A stretch of 64,000 bases of DNA from an uncultured Actinomycetes bacterium. Lineage in GTDB: Bacteria; Actinomycetota; UBA4738; HRBIN12. Both the position numbers and the translations under genes were made by a program. The stretch is from assembly GCA_963705545.1 (NCBI GenBank), contig CAVPJX010000004.1, positions 207,418 through 271,417 of the forward strand, read 5' to 3'. Within the stretch, counting starts at the first letter, position 1; every line of letters starts with the position of its first letter. Positions 37,308-46,534 of this stretch are shown here, in pieces. Below the pieces are notes generated by a model. That model made no database searches. It was not told the DNA's origin and was given only the letters and a program-made list of their open reading frames with translations.

Positions 37308-37394
37308 GGTGGCCTGCCCGAGCGGACGAAGGGGCACGCCTGGAGAGCGTGTAGGGGGGCAACCCTCTCGCGGGTTCGAATCCCGCGGCCACCG
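37308..37394 (+). tRNA. tRNA-Ser (anticodon GGA)
   Basis: Acceptor GGTGGCC/GGCCACC, anticodon stem CACGC/GCGTG with loop CUGGAGA, long variable arm, T-loop GGTTCGAATCC. Confidence 0.9.
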
Positions 37395-37397
37395 CTC

Positions 37398-37840
37398 CTA
37401 GAGGTCGAGCGCGAGGTGCGTGTACGACTCCTTCACGCGCATCCCCACGCGCTCGTAGAACGTGATCGCGCTCCGATCGGAGTCGGTCGAGAGCGAGGTC
37501 GTCGCGTAGCCGCGATCGAACGAGCGCTGGAACGCGACGTTCAGGAGGGCGCGCGCGAGCCTAGGCCGCGGACGTCCGGGTGGACGTCGACCCAGGCGCC
37601 CCGTTCGTTCGGCAGGAACGCCCAGCCGATCGGCCGCTCATGGTCCCACACGCCCACCGTGTCCAGCTCCGTGACGACGTCGGGGAGACGGAGATCGGAC
37701 GTCAGATCCTCGCGTTCCCACATCGTGAACCCAACGTCGTGCAGCTCGCACGCGTTCGCGAGCGCGACGACGTCGTCGACGTCGTCGAAGGTGAGCGCAC
37801 GCGTCGTGAGCTCGGCGGCTATGGGCCCGGGAGCGTCCAT
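37398..37840 (-). pseudogene. GNAT-family N-acetyltransferase, frameshifted as sequenced (one nt missing near 37557-37562)
   Basis: The frame of ATG 37840 reads ...WVDVHPDVRGLG and then stops. The -1 frame continues LARALLNVAFQRSFDRGYATTSLSTDSDRSAITFYERVGMRV... (acetyl-CoA motif R-G-x-G-L-A). Length 443 nt = 3n+2. Confidence 0.7.
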
Positions 37841-38529
37841 CCCGGGCACTGTATCGGCGCCACGGCGCCAGGCGTCCGGTCCATCGTCCCCAGCGCCAGG
37901 CGGATGTCGTCGAAGTCGTTCCACGGCAGGAAGGGGACGCCGTCCGCGCGACAGGTGTCCACCAGGACGTCCTTAGCGAACGTCACGTCGGCGTACAGCG
38001 CGCCGTACCGATCGGACGGGCCCTCGCCGACGAACGCCACCGGGCCGTGCGCCTGGCGCGCCCGCGTCACGGCCAGGAGCTTGCAGGTCCCGCAGCCGAC
38101 GCACTCGGGGTGGGCGCTCACGAAGCGCATCCCGTCCGGGTGCTCGTCGGGACCCCAGCGCTGCTCGTTCGTGACGACCGCGACGCCCTCGATCCCGTGG
38201 GCCGAGAACAGTGGCTCGATGTAGAACCCGAACCCGTCCGAGGCCACGGTCACCGGAACGTCGTGCGACGCGAGCCACGCGACGAACGGCCCGAACGTGG
38301 GGTCGATCGGGCAGTGCTCGATCGCGAACGCGAGCATCGTCGCTCGGTCCGCTCCGAGCATCCTGCCCTGCGCGACGATCGTCTCGCGTGAACCGATCTC
38401 GCCGCGTTCCCACGCTGCGTCGTGGTCGCGCCACGAGGGCTGGGCGAAGCGCTCGAGGAGGTGCTCGGCGACGTCGTGCAGGCAGGCGGTGCCGTCGAAG
38501 TCCACGACGACGGCGCCGACCGGGAGCAT
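37819..38529 (-). CDS. HAD-superfamily (IB, MtnX/PSP-like) phosphatase
   Basis: 236 aa. Motif I VVVDFDGTA, motif IV-like FVGEGPSDR, plus a CVGCGTCK cluster. Confidence 0.7.
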   Translation of the reverse strand: MLPVGAVVVDFDGTACLHDVAEHLLERFAQPSWRDHDAAWERGEIGSRETIVAQGRMLGADRATMLAFAIEHCPIDPTFGPFVAWLASHDVPVTVASDGFGFYIEPLFSAHGIEGVAVVTNEQRWGPDEHPDGMRFVSAHPECVGCGTCKLLAVTRARQAHGPVAFVGEGPSDRYGALYADVTFAKDVLVDTCRADGVPFLPWNDFDDIRLALGTMDRTPGAVAPIQCPGWTLPGP

Positions 38530-38561
38530 CGCGCCAGGCTACCTGGGACACTCTCGCGCGC

Positions 38562-39335
38562 ATGGATCTCGAACGAGCCGCGCAGCGCGTCCGGGACGCG
38601 TCGGTCTCGGGGTTCCGGCACCGAGGCGAGTCCGTGACGGGCGGCGAGGTGCTCGAGATCGACGGGCTGGTCCTCTCGCTCACGAACCTCCCCGACGCTT
38701 CCCTCAACGCGGTGGCGGTCGGATCCGAGCCGCGCGATCCGGAGCGGGCGCTCGCCGACGCCGAGGCCGCCTTCCGGGCGCGCGGGATGCCGTGGTTCGG
38801 GATCGAGCTCGAGCGAGGTGTGCATCCCGCCGTCGAGCAGGCGGCGCGGGACGCCGGACTGACCCTGCTGTTCCGAAGGCCGGCGCTCGCGGTCGAGCTC
38901 GAGCAGCTCCGGTCCGTCTCCGCACCCGAGGGGATCGCGATCGAGGCCGTCCGGGAGGAGGCCGATCTCCACGGTCTGCGCGCGGTCGAGGTCGAGGCGT
39001 TCGGCACGAGGATCGAGGTGGCGGAGGGGTTGATCGGCCGGGCGCTCATCGACCGGCCAGACGCGGCGCCCTGGATCGCTCGCGACGACGATCGTGCGGT
39101 CGGCGAGGCCGTCGGCTTGCTGCTCGACGGCACGGTGGGGGTCTTCGGGGTCGGCGTCCTGAAGCACGCGCGTGGGCGGGGGATCGGCGCCGCGCTCACG
39201 GTCGCCGCGGCGCGCTCGTTCCCCGACGCGGACCTCGCCTGGCTCGAGCCGAGCGAGCTCGCGGAACCGCTCTACCGCCGGCTCGGGTTCCGCGCGGTCT
39301 CCGACTGGGAGATCTGGGTCCGGCCGCAGGACTGA
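38562..39335 (+). CDS. GNAT-family N-acetyltransferase
   Basis: 257 aa. Acetyl-CoA motif GVLKHARGRGIGAALT and C-terminal YRRLGF. Confidence 0.75.
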   Translation: MDLERAAQRVRDASVSGFRHRGESVTGGEVLEIDGLVLSLTNLPDASLNAVAVGSEPRDPERALADAEAAFRARGMPWFGIELERGVHPAVEQAARDAGLTLLFRRPALAVELEQLRSVSAPEGIAIEAVREEADLHGLRAVEVEAFGTRIEVAEGLIGRALIDRPDAAPWIARDDDRAVGEAVGLLLDGTVGVFGVGVLKHARGRGIGAALTVAAARSFPDADLAWLEPSELAEPLYRRLGFRAVSDWEIWVRPQD

Positions 39336-39364
39336 GCGGCGTCGGGCGTGTCCGGCACCCGACG

Positions 39365-39370
39365 TATACT
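39365..39370 (+). promoter_or_regulatory. candidate -10 hexamer TATACT for the SRP RNA
   Basis: Lies 6-7 nt upstream of the inferred RNA 5-prime end. Confidence 0.45.
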
Positions 39371-39376
39371 CGCCCC

Positions 39377-39652
39377 CGTGACCGTGCTAGGTGGGGAGCT
39401 AGCGGTTCCCTGTACCCGAGATCCGCTTCTGCGGGACTGAATCCCCGCCCGAGGCCCGGATGGTCCGAGGCAGCTCCCGGCACGGAGCGTTGATGGTCGG
39501 GTCCTACGCGACGCCAACCTGCGAACCCGGTCAGGTCCGGAAGGAAGCAGCCGTAAGCGGGCGCTGGCGGGTGCCGTAGGAGCGCCTGGCCGGAGCTGCC
39601 GGCTGGGGAAGCGCTCGAGTCGTTCGGTGTCGACGGCGGGTGCACGGTCACC
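39377..39652 (+). ncRNA. ffs: signal recognition particle RNA, long (Alu-domain-containing) bacterial type
   Basis: Invariant domain IV motif GGUCAGGUCCGGAAGGAAGCAGCC at ~39529-39552. The 5-prime part CGUGCUAGGUGGGGAGCUAGCGGUUCCCUGUACC...AUCCGC closely resembles the Bacillus scRNA Alu domain. The terminal helix pairs 39378-39387 with 39642-39651. It sits just upstream of dnaX, the classic ffs position. Ends are +/-5 nt. Confidence 0.85.
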
Positions 39653-39694
39653 TTTCGTACGCTGCGAACGACGACGGGCGGGCTGGGGGAGGAC

Positions 39695-41485
39695 GTGGCG
39701 GAGCAGGAGCAGCACCAGGCGTTGTACCGCCGGTACCGGCCGCAGACGCCGGCCGACGTCCTGGGTCAGGATCACGTCGTTCGGGCCCTGACCGGCGCGA
39801 TCCGCGAGGGGCGTCTGCACCACGCGTTCCTGTTCTGCGGGCCGCGCGGGACGGGCAAGACCTCCACGGCCAGGATCCTCGCCAAGATGGTCAACTGCGA
39901 GCAGGGGCCCACCGCCGAACCGTGCGGCACGTGCGAGCAGTGCGTCGCGATCCGCGAAGGCAGCCACCTGGACGTGATCGAGATCGACGCGGCCTCGCAC
40001 GGCGGGGTGGAGGACGCCCGCGAACTCCGGGAGCGCGCGCCCACCGCGCCGGCGATGGGACGCGAGAAGGTCTACATCATCGACGAGGCGCAGCGCCTCT
40101 CCGCGCCGGCCTTCGACGCGCTGCTGAAGGTCTTCGAGGAGCCGCCGCCCGGCGTCCGGTTCGTCCTGGCCACGACCGAGCCGCAGAAGATGCCTGCGAC
40201 GATCGTCGGCCGTTGTCAACGGTTCGACTTCCGCCGGCTCACGATGGAGACGCTCGCCGAGCAGCTGCAGCGGATCGGGGCATCGGAGGGCTTGGCCGTG
40301 ACCGACACGGCCGCTCACGCGATCGCCCGTCAGGCCGAGGGGTCGTCCCGCGATGCGTTGTCGATGCTCGACCAGGCGAGCGTCCTCGGCGACGGTACCG
40401 TCGACGACGACATCGTCAGGACCCTCCTCGGGGCGCCACGGGGGGAGGTGCAGTTCGAGATCGGCGACGCGGTCGCGGTCGGCGACGCGCGCGCGACGTT
40501 CCAGGTCGTGGATCGCCTCGTGCAGGACGGGCAGGACCTGCGGAACGTGACCGCCCAGACGCTCGAGCACTTCCGCAACCTGATGCTCGTGAAGACCGCG
40601 CCGGGACAGGAGGATCTCCTCGACATCCCGGCCGACGGCTACGAGCCGCTCCGGGTGCAGGCCGAGAAGTTCTCCGCCGGCGAGCTCGCCCGCGTGATCG
40701 CGCTCCTGCTCGCGGCGCAGAACGACATGCGCTGGACGACGTCGCCTCGCCTCTCGCTCGAGCTCGCCCTCGTGCGCGCGACGATGCCCGAGGCCGATCC
40801 GAGCCCCGCGGCGCTGATCGCTCGCCTGGAACGGCTGGAACGCCTCGCGGGGCTCGACGTCACGTCCGCGATCGACGCCGGTCTCGGCGGCGGACCGCCG
40901 GACGCGGCGACCACCTCGATCGAGCCCACCGAGCCGGTGGCCTCGAAGGAGGGAGGGGTCACGGGGAGGAGCGACCCCGAGGAACGGAGCCGCGACGCGG
41001 GGAGGACGGGGGTCGCTCCGACCGCGACGCCTCCCGACCCCGTGGCCATGGCCGACGCCGTCATGGAGCCGGCGCCGCATGCGGCGGACGCGGGCAGCGT
41101 CGATGTGGCGATGCTGCGACGTGGGTGGCCGAGCCTGATCGAACACCTGGGCCAGATCCGCCAGCCGATCCTTCGGGCGCTGCTCGAGAGCGCCACGGTG
41201 GCGACCTTCGACGGGAACACCCTCGAGCTCGCGTTCCCGCCCGACAAGCGGTTCGGCGTGCAGAAGGTCGCGGACCGGCAGGACGAACTCCAGGGGGCGC
41301 TGGAGCACCTGTTCGGGATCCGTCCGGCCATCACCTGCGTCGTGCGCGAGTCACGCGAGCCGGCCGGCGGTCCCGCCGTGGTCGAGCTCGTCGAGGAGGA
41401 GGACACGCCCAGCGACGAGGAAGCCCTCCGTCGTGTCCAGGAGATGCTGGGCGCGCAGCTCGCCGGCGACGTGGAACCGGCCTAG
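39695..41485 (+). CDS. dnaX: DNA polymerase III subunits gamma/tau
   Basis: 596 aa. [20 protein letters not shown]-loop GPRGTGKTS, zinc module CGTCEQC, YIIDEAQ. Confidence 0.95.
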   Translation: MAEQEQHQALYRRYRPQTPADVLGQDHVVRALTGAIREGRLHHAFLFCGPRGTGKTSTARILAKMVNCEQGPTAEPCGTCEQCVAIREGSHLDVIEIDAASHGGVEDARELRERAPTAPAMGREKVYIIDEAQRLSAPAFDALLKVFEEPPPGVRFVLATTEPQKMPATIVGRCQRFDFRRLTMETLAEQLQRIGASEGLAVTDTAAHAIARQAEGSSRDALSMLDQASVLGDGTVDDDIVRTLLGAPRGEVQFEIGDAVAVGDARATFQVVDRLVQDGQDLRNVTAQTLEHFRNLMLVKTAPGQEDLLDIPADGYEPLRVQAEKFSAGELARVIALLLAAQNDMRWTTSPRLSLELALVRATMPEADPSPAALIARLERLERLAGLDVTSAIDAGLGGGPPDAATTSIEPTEPVASKEGGVTGRSDPEERSRDAGRTGVAPTATPPDPVAMADAVMEPAPHAADAGSVDVAMLRRGWPSLIEHLGQIRQPILRALLESATVATFDGNTLELAFPPDKRFGVQKVADRQDELQGALEHLFGIRPAITCVVRESREPAGGPAVVELVEEEDTPSDEEALRRVQEMLGAQLAGDVEPA

Positions 41486-41492
41486 GACGCGC

Positions 41493-42086
41493 ATGTACGA
41501 GGGCCCGATCCAGGAGCTGATCGACGAGCTGGCGCGCTTGCCGGGCGTGGGGCCGAAGTCCGCGCAGCGGCTCGCGTTCTGGCTCGTGAAGGCGCCGGCC
41601 GAGGACGCGAAGCGCCTGGCCGCCGCGATCGTCCAGGCGAAGGAACGCATCGATTTCTGCCGCGAGTGCGGCAACGTGGCCGAGGGCGATCTCTGCCGGG
41701 TCTGCCGCGACGAGTCTCGAGACCGCACGGTCCTGTGCGTCGTCGAGGAGCCGAAGGACGCCGCGACGATCGAGAAGAGCGCCCTGCACAAGGGGCGCTA
41801 CCACATCCTGGGCGGCGCGATCAGCCCGCTCGACGGCATCGGCCCCGACGACCTGCGCGTCCAGGAGCTCCTGGACCGCGTCGAGCGCGATCACGTCATC
41901 GAGGTGATCCTCGCGACGAACCCCAACCTCGAAGGGAACGCGACCGCGATGTACGTGGCGGCCCTTCTGAAGCCGACCGGGATCCACGTCACCCGCCTGG
42001 CGAGCGGGCTCCCCGTCGGCGGCGACCTCGAGTACGTCGACGAGGTCACGCTCTCGCAGGCCCTCGAGGGTCGCCGCGAGATGTGA
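41493..42086 (+). CDS. recR: recombination protein RecR
   Basis: 197 aa from ATG 41493. [14 protein letters not shown] helix-hairpin-helix, CxxC zinc finger CRECGNV...CRVC, and a Toprim region. Confidence 0.95.
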   Translation: MYEGPIQELIDELARLPGVGPKSAQRLAFWLVKAPAEDAKRLAAAIVQAKERIDFCRECGNVAEGDLCRVCRDESRDRTVLCVVEEPKDAATIEKSALHKGRYHILGGAISPLDGIGPDDLRVQELLDRVERDHVIEVILATNPNLEGNATAMYVAALLKPTGIHVTRLASGLPVGGDLEYVDEVTLSQALEGRREM

Positions 42087-42100
42087 GCCGCGCCGTGGCG

Positions 42101-42661
42101 ATGCCCTCGGTGCGGGAGGTCTCCGACCGGGCGCTCGTCCTGTACGCCCTCGTGCGGCGCGCCACGATCGAGCACCTGCTCTCGGGATGGGCGAACGAAC
42201 CGTCTCGGATCGCCCAGGCCGAGGCCGCCCGGGTGGAAACCGATCGCTGGCTGACGCGGGAGTCGCTCGACGACGCCGTCGGCGAGCTCGAGCGTCGGCT
42301 GCTCGCCGCCCCCTCGGGTTCGTGGCCCGCGGAGGCCGCGGCGGACGGCGAATGGCGACACGAGGCGCTCGGCACGCTGCTGTGGGGTCTGCGGCACCTC
42401 GACTCGCTCCCGTCGTACGACCAGGCGTTCGATCGGGACGCGGTCTCGGAGGCGATCACACGCTACGGGTCGGTCTCCTCGTTCCGCGCCGAGGGCGCGC
42501 TGCGTCCGGACGCCGAGGTGGAGCGGGCGTGGCACGAGGCGGACGCGTGGTTCGCGGCGACCGAGGGCTCGAGCGACGAGGACGCGGCGCTCGCGTCGAC
42601 GGCGATCGAGCGCCTCCGCGCGCTCAGCTGGCTGCGCGACGCCTCCGCACCCAGACCGTGA
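42101..42661 (+). CDS. hypothetical protein (DUF4272-like)
   Basis: 186-aa ORF with good codon bias and no recognisable catalytic motif. The family assignment is from memory only. Confidence 0.5.
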   Translation: MPSVREVSDRALVLYALVRRATIEHLLSGWANEPSRIAQAEAARVETDRWLTRESLDDAVGELERRLLAAPSGSWPAEAAADGEWRHEALGTLLWGLRHLDSLPSYDQAFDRDAVSEAITRYGSVSSFRAEGALRPDAEVERAWHEADAWFAATEGSSDEDAALASTAIERLRALSWLRDASAPRP

Positions 42662-43685
42662 CGCCCAGGATCGCGAGGGCGATCAGGCCGATCGGGATCA
42701 GGTAGCCGAGGCCCACGATCACGGCCGCGACCACGGACATGAACCCGTCGATCGCGTCGTCCCATGCGTTGCCGAGATCGGGACCTGTTTCCGCAGCCGT
42801 CTGGGCGGTGGCCTCCGCGTTGCCCTCGTGTAGGCGCACCTCGATCGTCGACTCCGCCACCTGATCGTTCAGGACGTTCAGCTGGCCCTGGATGCGCTCG
42901 ATGTCGAGCTGGGTCCGCTCGACCAGCGTCGCCAGCCGCAGGATCTCGGCGGACGTCGTGGCGTCCGCCTGCAGATCCAGCAGGAGCGCTCGGCGCTGCT
43001 TCAGGATGTCGAGACGCGCGGTCAGGTCGACGAACTCCGCGGTGACGTCCTTGCCCGAGATCCGCTGCCGCTCGACGACGCCGAGCTCTCGCAGCGCGAG
43101 CATCGCCTGGTCGAACCGCTTCGCCGGGATCCGCAGGGTGAGGGTGCCGGTCCGTTCGCGCGTCGTCGTCGACGTGAGGACGAAGCCACCGTTGTTCTCC
43201 GCGATGCGCGTCACGGCCGCGAACCCGTCCGAGAACCCGTCGTCCGGGACGCGGATCGCGATCGAGCCGTTGCGCACGATCTTCGACAGGTCCTCCGGTG
43301 CGCTGTCCGTGGAGATCGCGGCGAGGTCGTTCGATCCGGAGGCGTCCGATCCCTGGAACCCGAGCGTGGGTGTGGGCTGCGCCGCGGGTGCCGACCCGCT
43401 CGCGGAACCTCCGCCGACCGCGCCACCCGTCTCGCCGAACGCACCGGTCGATGCCGCCGAGCCGGCCTCGTCGCTCGCCTTGAACAGCGCCAGCCGGCGA
43501 GCGCCACCCTGCGCGAACCACCCGAGGGCGCCGGCCAGGACGAGCACGGCGAGACATGCGGCGGCCACGCGCCTCCAGGATCCGCGTCGCCGATGGGAGC
43601 CGGTCGCTCCCAGGAGCTGTTCGCGCTTCGCCGCGACGAGCAGGTCGTCCTCGAGGAGCCGGAGGATGTCGAACTCGGTCTTCAC
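42624..43685 (-). CDS. membrane protein with extracytoplasmic DUF4349-like domain; possible anti-sigma partner
   Basis: GTG 43685 overlaps the sigma-factor stop (GTGA). Layout: short N-terminal tail, TM helix, Gly/Ser/Ala-rich linker, coiled-coil-rich domain, C-terminal TM helix. Confidence 0.65.
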   Translation of the reverse strand: MKTEFDILRLLEDDLLVAAKREQLLGATGSHRRRGSWRRVAAACLAVLVLAGALGWFAQGGARRLALFKASDEAGSAASTGAFGETGGAVGGGSASGSAPAAQPTPTLGFQGSDASGSNDLAAISTDSAPEDLSKIVRNGSIAIRVPDDGFSDGFAAVTRIAENNGGFVLTSTTTRERTGTLTLRIPAKRFDQAMLALRELGVVERQRISGKDVTAEFVDLTARLDILKQRRALLLDLQADATTSAEILRLATLVERTQLDIERIQGQLNVLNDQVAESTIEVRLHEGNAEATAQTAAETGPDLGNAWDDAIDGFMSVVAAVIVGLGYLIPIGLIALAILGVTVWVRRRRAAS

Positions 43686-44323
43686 GGCGCATCCACCTCC
43701 ATTCCGAGCTCCGAGCCGCGTCGTTGCAGGAGGATCGCGAGTTTGCGGAGCCCTCGGCTCACGCGCTGTCGCGCGTTCACCTCCGAGCAGGACAGTCGGC
43801 GTGCGACCTCCGGGTACGGGAGCCCCTCGATCACGTGCAGGCGCATCGCCTCGCGCTGCTCCGTGGAGAGCGTCTCCAGGGCGTCGACCAGCGCCTCGCG
43901 GATCGGGGCGAGATCCACGAGGTCTTCGATCCGCTCGTAGTCCTCGGGCGGCAGCTCGCGGAGCGGCATCCCGAGCTTGCGTCGGGCGGCGGCGTCCACG
44001 CGTCCCCACCGGAAGAACCGGCCGAGCTGATGCCGGGCGACCCCGTAGAGCCACGCCACGCCGTTCACCCCCTGGTCGGTGTAGGTCGCCCGCGACGCGT
44101 ACGCTTGGGCGAACGTCTCGGCCGTGAGCTCGGAGGCGGCCTCCGGATCCAGCGTGCGACGCGCGAAGTACCGCAGCAGATCCTCCGCGTGCCGCCGGTA
44201 CAGCTCCGTGAACGCCTCGGGGTCGTCCCGCGACGCGATCAGGAGCTCGCTGTCGGTCCGCTCGTCGCTCACGGTCTCCCTCTCGGCCCGGTCCGCGCGC
44301 GGACCGGTGTTCGCCCGTACCAT
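43682..44323 (-). CDS. ECF-type RNA polymerase sigma-70 factor
   Basis: 213 aa. Region 2 (FTELYRRHAEDLLRYFARR...AETF) and region 4 HTH (LSTEQREAMRLHVIEGLPYPEVARRLSCSEVNARQRVSRGLRKL). Confidence 0.9.
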   Translation of the reverse strand: MVRANTGPRADRAERETVSDERTDSELLIASRDDPEAFTELYRRHAEDLLRYFARRTLDPEAASELTAETFAQAYASRATYTDQGVNGVAWLYGVARHQLGRFFRWGRVDAAARRKLGMPLRELPPEDYERIEDLVDLAPIREALVDALETLSTEQREAMRLHVIEGLPYPEVARRLSCSEVNARQRVSRGLRKLAILLQRRGSELGMEVDAP

Positions 44324-44383
44324 GCCCCGGTCGTGACCGGTCGTGACAGCCGGTTCCCATCGATCGAACCGAGGAGACGTTCC

Positions 44384-46489
44384 GTGACCGACGATCCGTT
44401 CCCGGCAGCGGTCCCCGATTCCTTCCCCCGCCAGTACGCGCGGACGCGGCGGTTCAGCCTGGGCCGGCCCCGGACGTTCGCGGTCGCGGAGGACGGGTCC
44501 CGCGTCGCCTTCCTGCGATCGCGCGCGGCGGACGACCCGGCCGGGTGCCTATGGGTGCTCGACACGGCGACCGGGGAGGAGCGTCTGGTGTTCGACCCGG
44601 CCGTCCCGGAGGACGAGCACCTGTCGGCCGAGGAGCGTGACCGGCGGGAGCGTCGCCGCGAGTCCCTCACGGGGGTGACCGACCACGCGACCGACCGAGC
44701 GGTCCGCGTCTCCGCCTTCGCGATGGGGGGCGGCGTGTACGTGGCCGATCTCGTCGAGGGCGGGACGCGCCGCATCGAGGTCGGCGCCGAGGATCCGTTC
44801 GACACCAGGCCCGACCCGGCGGGCCGTCGGATCGCGTACGTCTCCGACGGCGCGCTCCGGGTCGTGGGGGTCGACGGGACCGATGACCGCGAGCTCGCCT
44901 CGGACCCAGATCCCGATGTCCATTGGGGCGTCGCCGAGTTCGTCGCGGCCGAGGAGATGGACCGGCTCCGCGGGTTCTGGTGGTCACCCGACGGCGAGCG
45001 GATCGTCGCTGCGCGCGTGGACGACCGACCGGTGCGCGTGTGGCACATCGCGTCGCCGATCGATCCGGAGGCTGCGCCGCGTTCGGTCCGCTATCCGCGT
45101 GCCGGCACGGACAACGCGATCGTGACCCTGTCGGTGTTCGACCTCGACGGCGGCCGGGTGGACGTGGACTGGGACCGCGAGGCGTTCGAGTACCTCGTCT
45201 CGGTGACGTGGACATCGGACGGCCCGCTCACCCTGGTCGTGCAGTCCCGGGATCAGAAGGTCTGGCGGATCCTCGCCGTCGATCCGGACACCGGGACGAG
45301 CCGCACGATCCGTGAGGATCGGGACGACCGCTGGCTCGACATCGTCGGCGGCCTACCCGCCTGGCTGCCCGACGGTCGCCTGGTCCGCGCGGTCGATCTC
45401 GACGACACGAGGCGGATCGCGTTCGACGACGAACCGATGTCGCCGCCGGGGCTGCAGGTCGTCGAGGTCCTCGACGTTGGCGAGCACGTGGTGTTCCGTG
45501 GGTCGGAGGATCCGACCGAGATCCACGTGTACCGCCTGGCCATCGACGGGGCCGTCTCGCGTCTGACGGGTTCCCCGGGCGTCCACACGGCCGCGGTGGG
45601 CGGAGACGTGCTGGTGCTCACATCGGCGACGATGGAGGCCCTGCCGGCCACCCGGGTGATCCGCGGCGGCGAGGAGGTCGCGTCGCTCCGGTCGTTCACG
45701 GAGCAGCCGCTCCTGATCCCGAGGCCGACCTTCTTCACGGGTGGGGAGCGTGAGCTCCGGATGGCGCTGTTCACCCCGAACGGCGCGGAGCCGGACGCGA
45801 AGCTCCCGGTGCTGCTGGATCCGTACGGCGGACCTCACTTCGGGGTCGTCCAGAAGGCGATGGGCATCCACTTCGAGTCGCAGTGGTTCGCGGACCGGGG
45901 GTTCGCGGTGCTCGCGATCGACGGCCGGGGTACGCCGAACCGCGGGCCGACGTGGGACCGCGCGGTCTACCGGAACCTGGCAGACCCCGTGCTCGAGGAT
46001 CAGGTGGACGGGCTGCACGAGGCGGCGGAGCGGTTCGGGTTCCTCGACCTCGAGCGCGTCGCGATCCGCGGGTGGTCGTTCGGGGGCTTCCTTTCGGCGA
46101 TGGCGGTGCTCCGCCGGCCCGATGTCTTCCACGCTGCGGTCGCCGGCGCGCCCACGACCGACGATGCCCTCTACGACACGCACTACACGGAGCGGTACCT
46201 CGGGAGGCCCGACGAGGAGGTCGAGGCGTACGCACGGTGCCGGCTGCTGGACGACGCACCGAACCTCACGCGGCCGCTGATGCTGATCCACGGGCTCTCG
46301 GACGACAACGTCTACGTCGCCCATACCCTGCTGCTGTCCCAGCGCCTGATGGAGGCGGGGCGCCCGCACACGGTCCTGCCCCTCTCCGGCATCACGCACG
46401 CGCCGCTGGATCCGGCGGTCGCCGAGAACCTGCTGATGCTGCAGGTCCGGTTCCTACGCGACGCCTTAGGGCTCCCCGACCCGGCCTGA
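44384..46489 (+). CDS. S9-family serine peptidase (dipeptidyl aminopeptidase / prolyl oligopeptidase type)
   Basis: GAGGAG lies 7 nt before GTG 44384. DPP-IV-like beta-propeller N-terminal region (FWWSPDGERI). Catalytic GWSFGG, HGLSDDNV and a terminal H. Confidence 0.85.
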   Translation: MTDDPFPAAVPDSFPRQYARTRRFSLGRPRTFAVAEDGSRVAFLRSRAADDPAGCLWVLDTATGEERLVFDPAVPEDEHLSAEERDRRERRRESLTGVTDHATDRAVRVSAFAMGGGVYVADLVEGGTRRIEVGAEDPFDTRPDPAGRRIAYVSDGALRVVGVDGTDDRELASDPDPDVHWGVAEFVAAEEMDRLRGFWWSPDGERIVAARVDDRPVRVWHIASPIDPEAAPRSVRYPRAGTDNAIVTLSVFDLDGGRVDVDWDREAFEYLVSVTWTSDGPLTLVVQSRDQKVWRILAVDPDTGTSRTIREDRDDRWLDIVGGLPAWLPDGRLVRAVDLDDTRRIAFDDEPMSPPGLQVVEVLDVGEHVVFRGSEDPTEIHVYRLAIDGAVSRLTGSPGVHTAAVGGDVLVLTSATMEALPATRVIRGGEEVASLRSFTEQPLLIPRPTFFTGGERELRMALFTPNGAEPDAKLPVLLDPYGGPHFGVVQKAMGIHFESQWFADRGFAVLAIDGRGTPNRGPTWDRAVYRNLADPVLEDQVDGLHEAAERFGFLDLERVAIRGWSFGGFLSAMAVLRRPDVFHAAVAGAPTTDDALYDTHYTERYLGRPDEEVEAYARCRLLDDAPNLTRPLMLIHGLSDDNVYVAHTLLLSQRLMEAGRPHTVLPLSGITHAPLDPAVAENLLMLQVRFLRDALGLPDPA

Positions 46490-46534
46490 CCTCGCTGCTA
46501 CGCTCGGGGCTCGCGGTCAGGAGACGTCCGAGGC

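Noticed and set aside
36996-37337. N-terminal extension of the cNMP-binding ORF
   Set aside because: It would run antisense through two tRNA-Ser genes. GTG 36995 has a strong GGAGGAGG Shine-Dalgarno.
37078-37394. Long-variable-arm tRNAs as possible tRNA-Sec (selC). The same question applies to 5717..5806.
   Set aside because: The anticodons are CGA, GGA and GCU, not UCA. The acceptor stems are the normal 7 bp. These are ordinary tRNA-Ser isoacceptors.
39196-39651. 151-aa minus-strand ORF and the overlapping plus-strand ORFs in the ffs region
   Set aside because: They coincide with the SRP RNA, which explains the conservation-like structure. The translations are low-complexity.
39695-41485. 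Programmed ribosomal frameshift in dnaX producing gamma
   Set aside because: No A-rich slippery heptamer or downstream hairpin like the E. coli site is visible in this GC-rich gene.
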